Shown here: piece after piece, positions 54,575 to 64,000 of the stretch
Numbering within the stretch: position 1 is the first letter of the stretch
How the letters are laid out: each line of letters begins with the position of its first letter
Assembly: GCA_034780895.1 (NCBI GenBank)
Contig: JAUZTB010000048.1
Span: forward strand, 21,663,019-21,727,018
DNA from: Rhynchobatus australiae
Lineage: Eukaryota
Reading direction: 5' to 3'
DNA length: 64,000 nucleotides
Made by a program: the position numbers and the translations under genes
The notes under the pieces: model-generated
Told to the model about the DNA's origin: nothing
The model's input: only the letters and a program-made list of their open reading frames with translations
Database searches by the model: none

Positions 54575-55075
54575 TGAATGAGCAGGAATACAAGAAGCTG
54601 CAGAGAGTAGTGGACTCTGCCCAATACATCTTGGGCACATCTTTCCCTACCATTAAAGAGATCAACAGGAGGCACTGCATCAAAAAGACAACAGCCAAAG
54701 ATCCCCTTCATCTGGGCCATGCCATCTTCTCATAGCTACCATCAGGCAGTAGGTACAGAAGCCTGAAGTCCCACACCATCAAGTTCAAGAACAGCTACTT
54801 CTCTTCAACCATTCAGTTCTTGAACCAACTGGCAAAACCCTAATCACTACCTCCAGTTTAGCAACACTATGACCACTTTGATCACTTTGCACTAAAATGG
54901 ACTTTGGTTTTGTTCTAATTATGTTTTTTCTTGTAAGAATTCTGTATAATTTATGTTTTTCTTCTGAATACTCCTTATATGATGCTATGTGCCTGTGATG
55001 CTGCTGCAAGTTACTCATTACACCTGTGCATACATGTACTTTTGCATATGACAATAAACTCAACTTTGACTTTAC
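54575..55075 (+). mobile_element. Rex1/Babar-type LINE 3' end
   Basis: aagaagctgcagagagtagtggactctgcc...aaagatccccttcatctgggccatgccatcttctc...aggtacagaagcctgaag; tail gacaataaactcaactttgacttt; homologous to 8570-9005. Confidence 0.82.
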
Positions 55076-55488
55076 ATCTTCACACTGCACATCATCTTCT
55101 GCCATCTACACTCAGATTTTAGTGTACTATATAAACAAAAAGCAAAATAATCGCAAGGAGACTCCACAACATCATTGCTTGGACTTAGATCTTTCCCATC
55201 ATTACCACCACAAAAGCCACTGGTTCATCAATAGAGAAGTCCTGTGCATGAGATGAAACACTATTTGAAAGGTAGCAAATTCCAAGGAACTGTCAGACAT
55301 GCATCAAACCACAAGTATACAGACAGTCATACCATATGAAGTGGTTTACTTCCACAGTCCAATCTTCACATACATCAAACTCTGTAAATCAAGCAAATAC
55401 TTTTGTACTCAGCCTTGAACATCATTGAGCAGTTACTGTACCACTACTCACAATTTTCCCATTAGCTGCATGTTAGACAAAATCCCAC

Positions 55489-55613
55489 AAATGCTGGAAA
55501 TCAGAAATATAACAGCAAGTGCTGGAAGTACTCATTGGGTCAGACAGATGCTTCCTGACCTGCTCCATATTCCCAGAATTAACTGGTTTGCTTTCATTAT
55601 TTGACAGACATCT
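55489..55613. repeat. Fold-back (head-to-head) Penelope-type repeat
   Basis: Left arm atgctggaaatcagaaat...gctggaagtactcattgggtcagac is an imperfect reverse complement of the right arm gatgcttcctgacctgctccatattcccag...cagacatct. Confidence 0.6.
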
Positions 55614-56599
55614 CTCTAGTTTGGTGCAAATAATAACCCAGGTTAGGTGATTGAGACATGCAATTACTTTGATATTCGAGATATCAACATATAAAGGTTA
55701 TGTGTCAAGTTACTAATGTCGAACTGTGTGAGAAGAGTTCTTGTACAACAAACTTTGCCAAAGTCACATGTCAGCCTTGAAGCTAATGCATCCTGAAAGA
55801 TGCCAAGTGATCAGCTCATCACGCCAGAAAGCCCCCTCAACAATGTCAGTTGGTAACTCCTCTCATAGCTTGGACTCTGCACATTTGCCACGTGGAAGAT
55901 ATGCAATCAAGTGAAGTTTCCAACTTCAAAAACAGCAAGAACAACCATTTGACTACATCTTATCAAAAATCTCAATCTGTGTTAGCACTTTGCTGTCGAT
56001 GGACTAGAAAATACACTTCGTCACTCAGCAACTGGTTCAGGTGCCTCCCCACTCCTCCTCTCCCTCCCAATGCTCTTGAAGCCTTCTCGAATAGCAAAAA
56101 AACCTTAACACACCTCGCCAAACTGAGAACCAGACCATACCAAACCAAAACATTTGGGAGTATATTCGAACTCCGGATGATCCCACAAACACGTGCAAAG
56201 GAGTTGGCATTTACAAGACTATCCTTACGGACATTAATGAAGTCACGAAAAACAGAGAGCAAATGGACAACCCAACGTCATCCCTCTTCCAAGAATAGAG
56301 TCAGTGAGCATCTCGGCACTGAAGCAATGGGTCGGTATGAAATCAGTCAGTTAATATCTGTAGTTTAGCAATGTAGTGGCGCAAACCCCATTCATCAGTT
56401 TAAGCAATTATTGAAATCAGGATTAACAAATGCCAAATACCATTCTCTTGTCTTCAAGAAAAACTCCACATCATTCAGTGGAAATTTTAGCTGAGCCATG
56501 GTATGAAATGTTCCCTGGTGTGGTGGATGAGTTGCAATAAATAGGGAGAAAATCTTTGACTGGATGATTTCCACAACAATAATCAGAATGTCACCGAAA

Positions 56600-58950
56600 C
56601 CCTAACCTGGTTCTACCAAAATACATAATCAGTATTTTCGATCTGACTTTCACGATCTTGCCGGTTTGCTCAGAGATGTTATAAATAATGGCAGGTTGAT
56701 TCGGGTCCCTTGAGACTGCCCGAGGGGCTTCCGCCAAATGCTCAGATGTTCAATCGGGAAGGGCTAACTGATTTACAGAGCCTTTCCTCTTACTCTCATT
56801 GTGTCTGGAGAACGCGGATTTGACTTTACACAAACCATATGGCACACCTTTCAGCCCAAGAAGGCTTATGTGCAGCATACGAACCTTCTGCCTCAACAGG
56901 AAACCACCGAAGCAGCAAACTTAATTATTGTATCAAAATAACATGCCTCGAAACTATTTCAGAATCATGATCCGAGTAGAAAGAAAAACCTCAACTGGGC
57001 GGTTAAAACTGTTTTAAAACAAACTGGAAGCATGCTTGCATTATTCACGTTGAATAATTTCTTAAAGACTTAATTAAAGAGGGGTTTACCCATTTTCCTG
57101 GACTTTTTTTATTGAGAAACCCCACAAAGATGAGCATTCACTTCACACTCATTTCAGTCTCCATAAATGCGATACAGCGATTCCTCATACTGTGCGAGTT
57201 CACTCGCCAAACTGGTGCATCGCCACTGATCTAAGATTAGCCAAACAGCAAGAACTTCCACAAAATGCAATTTCGAAGCCCTTTAAACGGAGTAGCTTAC
57301 AGTCAACGTTAGATCCAGTAACGTGCACCTCGGCCCCAGAAAGGAAATCTGACTCGACACACAGTTTCAAATGACAACGAGTACAGTATTTTCGGAGTTA
57401 ATGGGTTAGTAATCGAAAAAGAATCACAAAGCCCTTCCACCTGAAATCAAACATTGTGTCGATGCACTCACTGGGCTAACACATCGCCTTGAGAGAATGA
57501 TTTCACACCCCAGAAAGACAAAACAAACTACAGAGAGACTCTAAGAGGACAAAAAAACACTCACAGACTTCAGAAATTTCAAGGACCCCACGTAGTCTCT
57601 CTCCGTTTTTAAAATCTCATTCATCACACACACACGTAAGCGAAGCTGCCGATCGGTGTCCTTTCCACTCTCCACTCCATTTTCTTGGTGACTTTCTTCG
57701 TCCATGTTCCTGTGCTATTAGAAGTAAACAAGACAGTTCAAAGGCAAAAAAAAAATAAACGTGAAGGTAAATTTCTCTCGCTTCACAACTGGCGGCTTCT
57801 TTAAAAGACTTGAGAATCAATTTGGTTCAGATTCACTCGCATTTTGTTATTCGAATTTCACCGTTTGCAAAACACTTGGCTGATTAAGCTGGCTTCCCTA
57901 TTCCGTTCTGTTCGATAATACGAGAGACTGGAGGGTTCGTCTTTACTGCTCCTTGGAGAAGTCCCAACTCCGTTAGAAGGCTCTTCACAACGTGAAACGG
58001 ATGACTTATTGCACATTTGTTCTCAAACTTCTGCCGCACTTACTTTAAGCTTGCAGAATAAAGCCAAAATAAACCAAGCACCATAACACTAGCTGAGAGA
58101 GAGAGAATGGAACTGACGGGCTACAAATTGCCAAAATCTGCAGCAAATGCTACCGTCCACCAGGATTCCGTTTTTTGCCAATGAAACAACAGGCACATGC
58201 TCAGAAAACTGAGTGAAGGGACCGTCTCCAAATTCTCACTTAAAACTCCGGCGGCTCTGCCCACTGGGTGCCAAAAAGCAACAGTTAAAACCAAACCCAT
58301 CCACTTTTAAAATTATTACTTTTTCCAGCAACAATTTTATTCATTGCTACAAAGATTCAAAGCAAGAGACCTGAACATAAAAAAGGCCGAATTTTTGTTT
58401 TAAAGTGCTAAACGTGTTCAAAGTGCAAAGTTGCCAGCCAATGCAAAGCATAGAATTAGTTGGCTTAAATGAGTAAATTCGTTTTACAGTAATTATGTTA
58501 TAAGACAACATTTTGCTGTTTGAAAATTTATTTTGAAGAATAACTTGAATTCCAGAAAAAGGGAAATAGCTTTAAATACCTCTATGTTTTAAAATTGTAA
58601 TGTGAGAGATGGTCCCTTACTTTTGGCCTTCGCGTTGTCTGGAATTCCGCTATTCTTCTCGACTACAGAACGGTAATTTTTATCAACGTGAAGGCATGCA
58701 TTAAGATAAAATGAAGAGATTTTGCGTGTCTTAACCGGGACGACTATGATTTAGAGGGAGAAAATAAGAACAGGAATTAACTAATATTCTTTAGATTTGT
58801 CCCCCTTTACTCTAGAGGGCAATCTTTACACATGTATTTGGTAGACTCGCCTTGCCCAAGATCTGGTCAAAACTCAACTGAGAAGAAATTTCAGAAGACA
58901 GTGAAAATAAGTAGCTTTATTTTTTTCAATGCCTATTTAACCTCGAACTG
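56600..58950 (-). promoter_or_regulatory. CpG-retaining island / probable PREX1 promoter and 5' UTR
   Basis: Hand count of about 43 CpG in 57121-58260, versus only a few per kb in ordinary intron such as 960-2100. Largely TE-free and surrounds the start codon. TSS cannot be determined from sequence. Confidence 0.75.
57565..57705 (-). CDS. PREX1: PREX1 coding exon 1 (start codon, N-terminus, first DH helix), 141 nt / 47 aa
   Basis: Manual translation: [47 protein letters not shown], matching the P-Rex motif QLRLRxCVxxE-TERDYVG. ATG is in strong Kozak context (GGAACATGG) with in-frame TAA TAG just upstream. Donor TCT|GTGAGT. Not in the ORF track. Confidence 0.96.
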
Positions 58951-59029
58951 CATTCATTTAGGACAAGGATATATTTGGCTCTGATGCAAATTGGCTTTGA
59001 AACCAACCCAACTATCAAATCAATGAAAG

Positions 59030-59216
59030 GAGCTCACCACAGGACACATATGGTAGCTGTGGAGAGAGCGCAGAAGAGATTCACCAGGTTGTTGCCTGGA
59101 ATGGAGGGTTGTCATTGTAAGGAGAGATTGAATAGGCTGTTTATTCTCACTGGAACATAGGATGTTGAAGGTTTACAAAGTTAGGAGGGGCGTAGATAGG
59201 TAGATGGAGTATTTTT
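59030..59216 (+). mobile_element. CR1 fragment (ORF2 C-terminal region) abutting a gap
   Basis: Peptide VERAQKRFTRLLPGMEGCHCKERLNRL. Confidence 0.85.
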
Positions 59217-59799
59217 NNNNNNNNNNNNNNNNNNNNNNNNNNNNNNNNNNNNNNNNNNNNNNNNNNNNNNNNNNNNNNNNNNNNNNNNNNNNNNNNNNNN
59301 NNNNNNNNNNNNNNNNNNNNNNNNNNNNNNNNNNNNNNNNNNNNNNNNNNNNNNNNNNNNNNNNNNNNNNNNNNNNNNNNNNNNNNNNNNNNNNNNNNNN
59401 NNNNNNNNNNNNNNNNNNNNNNNNNNNNNNNNNNNNNNNNNNNNNNNNNNNNNNNNNNNNNNNNNNNNNNNNNNNNNNNNNNNNNNNNNNNNNNNNNNNN
59501 NNNNNNNNNNNNNNNNNNNNNNNNNNNNNNNNNNNNNNNNNNNNNNNNNNNNNNNNNNNNNNNNNNNNNNNNNNNNNNNNNNNNNNNNNNNNNNNNNNNN
59601 NNNNNNNNNNNNNNNNNNNNNNNNNNNNNNNNNNNNNNNNNNNNNNNNNNNNNNNNNNNNNNNNNNNNNNNNNNNNNNNNNNNNNNNNNNNNNNNNNNNN
59701 NNNNNNNNNNNNNNNNNNNNNNNNNNNNNNNNNNNNNNNNNNNNNNNNNNNNNNNNNNNNNNNNNNNNNNNNNNNNNNNNNNNNNGCTGCTGCTGGTGT

Positions 59800-62048
59800 T
59801 TGGTCCTGAAGTATTCTGACTCCAGTCCTGTACCACTGTGCCACATTTGGGTTCTCTGTGAGCTTGCTCTTTGCTCAACTTTGTGACATTGACTGATGGA
59901 GGCCAGCATGCCAAACACCACCTTCACCACCCCATCTACCAGTGATGCTGCTTTTGGTGAAATATGTACTTGTACTCCTTGATCCCTCTATTCCACAACA
60001 GTCCCCAGAGTCCAGCCATTCACTGTATAAGTCCTACCCTGGTTTGACTTCCCCAAATACAACACTTTGCACTTTTCTAAATTGAAAGCCATTTGCCAAT
60101 CTTCAGCCCACTTACCCAGCTGATCAAGATCCCCCTGTAATTTTTGATAACATTCTTCATTGTTTATGATACCATCTCTTTTATTATCATCCACAAACTT
60201 ACTACAATGCATTGTAAATTCACGTCCAAATTGTTTATATAACTAACCAACAAAGGTCCTAGCACTAACTCCTGTGGCATACTGCTAGTCACAGGCCTCC
60301 AGTCCAAGAAACAATCTTCAACCTTCATTCTCTGCTGCCTATCCTTGAGCCAATTATGAATTTAATTAGCTCTCTCTCCCCAGATCCCATGCAATCTAAC
60401 CTTCCAGACTAGCCTGCCGGGCAGTCCCTTGTCAAAGGCCATGCTGAAGACCATGTAGACAACGTCCACTGCCCTACCCTCATCTACCTTCTTGGTTACC
60501 TCTTTGGAAAAACTCTAAGAGATTTGTCAGACATGATTTCCCATCTACAAAGCCACACTGACTCTCCCAAATTAGACCTTGCCTATCCAAATGTTGATGG
60601 ATCCTGTCCCTCAGGATCCCCTCCAGTAACTTACCCACCACTGATTCCAGAATCACTGGTCTAGAGTTCCCTAGCTTATCTTTCCTGCCCTTCTTACATA
60701 ATGGTAAAACATTAGTCATCCTCCAGACTTCTGGAACTTCTGTGGCTAAAAATGAAGCAAATATCTCTGCAAGGGCCTCCACAATCTCTTCCCCAGCTTC
60801 CCACAAGGTCCAAGGATGCACTCGGTCAGGCCCTGGGGATTTATCCCCCTTAGTGCACTTTAAGGCCGGCAATACCTCCTCCCTTGTAATTTGTATGTGG
60901 TCCGAGCCATCACCACTTAATCCCCTCATTCCTTTAGCATCCATCATTTTCTCCACAGTAAAAACTGATGAGAAATATTCATTAAAAATCAAACCCACCT
61001 CCTGTGGCTCCACATATGGACAGCCATGCTGATCTTTAAGAGGACCTACTGTCTCCCTAGCCATCCTTTTACTCATAGTAATATACCCATATAATCTCTT
61101 GGAATTTTCCTTAACCCTGCCTGCCAGATCTACCTCATACCTCTGTTCTCCTGATTTCCTTGTGTATTCCTACACTTCTTATAGTCATCAAGGCGTTCAC
61201 TTGTTTCCGCTTTCCTAAACCCAATTTAAGTCTCCTCCTTCCTGATCAGAGCCTCAATATCTCCCATCAATGAGGGGTCTCTGAACTTGCCAGCCTTGTC
61301 CTTCACCCCAGCAGGAACATGCTGCCCCCAGACTCCTGATATCACACTTCTAAAAACCTCCCACTTGACAGTTGCTCCTTGTCCAGCAAACAGGCTCACC
61401 CAATTGACCTCTGCAAGATCTTGCTTAATGCCTTCAAAATTAGCCTGGCCCTTGTTTCGGACCTTAACCTGTGGACCATACTATCCTCCATAACTATTTT
61501 AAAACCAATAGAATTATGGTCACTGGCCCCAAAATGCTTCCCAACTGACTCTTCAGTCACTTGCCCTACCTTGTTCCCTAAGAGGAGGTCCAGTGTTGTG
61601 ACCTCTCTAGTGTGCCCTCTCTAGTAGGCCCTCTATACATTGATTACAAAACTTCTCTTGGGCACATTTAATAAACTCCAAGCCCTTTGCTCTATGGTGT
61701 CCTAGTCAATGTTGGGGAAGTTAAAATCTCCCACTCATAGTCCCTGTTATTTTTACAACTATCTGCAATCTCTCCACATACGTGCTCCTCTAATTCCCAC
61801 AGACTATTGGGGGGATTGTAATACAGTACCATCAAAGTGAACATCCCCTTCTTGTTTCTAAGTTCACTCCCTATGGCCTCACTGGATGATCCCCCAAGAA
61901 AATCCTTTCTCAGCACTGTTGTTAGGTCCTCCCTCATCAAAAAGGCAACTCCCCGTCCTCTCTTACCTGTACCTCTGTCACGCCTCTAGCATCTGTTTCC
62001 TAGAACATTAAGCCACCAGTCCTGACCTTCTCTCAGCAGTGTTTCTGC
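59800..62048 (-). mobile_element. CR1 LINE ORF2 (APE endonuclease plus RT), frameshifted; best-preserved copy in the window
   Basis: ORFs 61692..61940 (SSEAI.SELRNKKG..LYYNPPNS), 60480..61076 (DKSPGPD..WRMTNVLPLCKKG..GFVDGKSCLTNLLEFF), 59988..60212 (SKFVDD..WQMAFNLEKCKVL). Confidence 0.95.
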
Positions 62049-63434
62049 TAAGTGTAGAGGGATATAGGCCAAATGCAGGTAAATGGAATTAGCATCGATT
62101 GGCAGATGATTCTATAAATGAACATAACACTCTAACCTTACAAGGAAAGACATGAAGAGATATGTAGGACATTGATGGAATTATACTACTTTATTCTGCA
62201 GGACAGCACAAGGGATATTGCATGAAAGGGGAAATGATAAGTGCAGGAAAACAAGTCTCCATCCAAAGAGTGATCTTTTGATAAAATTCATGTCAGGAAA
62301 ACCTCTGAAGTTACAGCAAACCATCAATATACTTAAGTTGCTTTGGCGAGTGAGGTTTGGAAAAGTTGTTTGTTTGACTGGTTTTATACCAGCTATGACT
62401 GGCATCTGAGCTATGAATGTGCAAATAATCAGTCGATTGAGGCATCCAACTGGTTCTCAAATTGTCATAGGGTTTTTCTTATATTTATGGGGGTTCATTT
62501 TCAGCCCAGTTTTACTTGTTTAGGTTTAAACACTCAAATACTTTTAGGCCAATTGCATAATATCAGTGCTTCTGTTTTTTAGAGATGTGATTGTACATAA
62601 ATTGGGAATTAAATGCCCAAAATCTGAAGTGAATGTGCAGTGCACCTGTACAGNNNNNNNNNNNNNNNNNNNNNNNNNNNNNNNNNNGGTCAGCTCTCCT
62701 CTCTAAGTTTCAAAATTTAACAACACAAGAGCATTGGCAGGTGAAATTCCTGATATAGTCGTGATCGAAGAAGAACACATATTTGGCACTGCAGCTCATG
62801 TCAGGGAATGCAACATAGTCCAAAATTTGACTGTACCTGTAATATGTTGGCACCCTTAGTTACTGTTCTGTGATTTTTTTTTCAAATAAGACATGAGAGA
62901 ACTCACACAATATGTGCTTGACAATTGCTTCAACCACCAAATAAAATGAACTTGAACATAATGAACATAAACCCCACTTCATTGGAAATACCTTCCAAAA
63001 CAACTTTGCACAGCCAACATTCTCATATGTAAATCTGAATATAAGTATCTATTTTTGAAAAATTCCATGATTTTCACATTTCTCATGAGATTATGATAAC
63101 TAAAAGTCAGAACATGTATGTGTGTTTCTTTGTAGTTCATCCATGCAAGCTTAAAGTTGCCCATTGAGACATCTCAACTGATTCTTAGATGGTCACAAGA
63201 CTTTTGTACCTATAGTCTTATTTTTCACCCTTTGTAATGAAAAGAACTCACTGATATCCATCGTAAGTTTTCTTTTTATTAGCTTGAATGTACTTTTTAT
63301 CTGACTTTTGCACTTTATATTTAAATAATTTTTGTATTTTTCTTTTCCCAATCATATAAGATCTGAAAAGAAATACCTCTCTAGGATTGCCTTTCAAACA
63401 TTTTCTTTCATGAAATTCTTTTCTAGTCTTTTAT

Positions 63435-63780
63435 CATGGACAAATACAGCATGGACAGAGGCCCTTCAGCCCAATTCATCCATGCTGACTGTGTTACCCA
63501 ACAAGCTCGTCCCATCTGCTCGTATTTAGCCCATAGCCCTCTAAACCTCTCCTGTCCATGTACTTATTTAGATGGCTTTTAAATGTTGCTAATGTGCCCG
63601 CCTCAACCACTATTTCTGGCAGCTCATAGCAAATGTGCATCGCCCTTTGTGTGAAGAAGCTGCCCCTGATGTCCCTTTTAAATTTCTTGCCTCTGATCTT
63701 AAACCTATGCCCTCTTGTTTTTAGCATCCTCTCCCTAGGAAAAAGATAATATGCTTTCACCTTGTCTCTGCCCCTTAGAA
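63435..63780 (-). mobile_element. CR1 LINE 3' end
   Basis: ORF 63494..63760 KTRGHRFKIRGKKFKRDIRGSFFTQR..ELPEIVVEAGTLATFKSHLNKYM; tail tacagcatggacagaggcccttcagccca. Confidence 0.93.
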
Positions 63781-64000
63781 GTTTGGGTGTGGAATAAACA
63801 CCAGCATAGAATGACTAACATAAATGGTATCTTTTCACGTTGCATATTCAACATAACTTGTACCTTTAAGTATCTAGACGCAGCTGTTGGTCTTTGCATT
63901 GCTTCCGGTACTCAAAAATCTTCATTGTGACTCTGGCTGTGTAGCAAATCTCGACTTGTAAATTAACACCAATGGACAAAGATGATTGGGGTCACTAGAA

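Larger units (their letters stand above)
6863..57564 (-). other. PREX1: PREX1 intron 1 (about 50.7 kb including N gaps)
   Basis: Bounded by the exon 1 GT donor and exon 2 AG acceptor; the reading frame is continuous across the junction (LKS|SFLH). Confidence 0.9.

Noticed and set aside
55850-56368. 172-aa plus-strand ORF, antisense to PREX1 intron 1 near the promoter
   Set aside because: Non-ATG start, no recognisable domain, unremarkable composition; consistent with a chance ORF.
328-57705. Calling the gene PREX2
   Set aside because: Exon 1 length is PREX2-like, but diagnostic residues in exons 3-4 (HELGN, FCVY, ALRLL, NKIP) match recalled PREX1.
57617-57820. ORF-track 67-aa minus-strand ORF overlapping exon 1
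   Set aside because: Wrong frame; the real PREX1 frame starts at ATG 57705.
59147-59930. Long ORFs of 200-255 aa in the track (and similar X-rich ORFs elsewhere)
   Set aside because: Artefacts of reading through N gaps.
60480-61076. 198-aa RT-like ORF as a functional or domesticated reverse transcriptase gene
   Set aside because: It is one segment of a frameshifted CR1 ORF2; the neighbouring segments are broken.
1-64000. A novel multi-gene system, CRISPR array or endogenous virus
   Set aside because: No regular repeat-spacer array, no viral or transposase ORFs, and no coding sequence beyond PREX1 exons and LINE remnants that I could support.

Overview
AT-rich vertebrate genomic DNA, almost certainly from a cartilaginous fish: the repeats are CR1/HER1-type LINEs, a V-SINE, a Deu-domain SINE, Rex1/Babar ends and short Penelope-type pLTR relics. 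The window holds the 5' end of one minus-strand protein-coding gene, PREX1 (PIP3/G-beta-gamma-dependent Rac exchanger 1). I read four coding exons with canonical GT-AG junctions, all phase 0: exon 1 57705-57565, exon 2 6862-6791, exon 3 5146-5024, exon 4 432-328. Exons 1 and 2 are not in the ORF track. Together they encode 147 aa of the N-terminus and DH domain, and the gene continues past coordinate 1. Intron 1 is about 50.7 kb and mostly decayed retrotransposons. Exon 1 lies in a low-GC but CpG-retaining island. I found no convincing new biological system. The best leads are modest: a PREX2-length N-terminus on a PREX1 orthologue, assembly gaps flanked by TSD-like duplications, Penelope-type relics with decayed hammerhead cores, and a CCAAT-rich degenerate repeat. 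Repeat boundaries are approximate and family names come from recalled motifs, not database searches.
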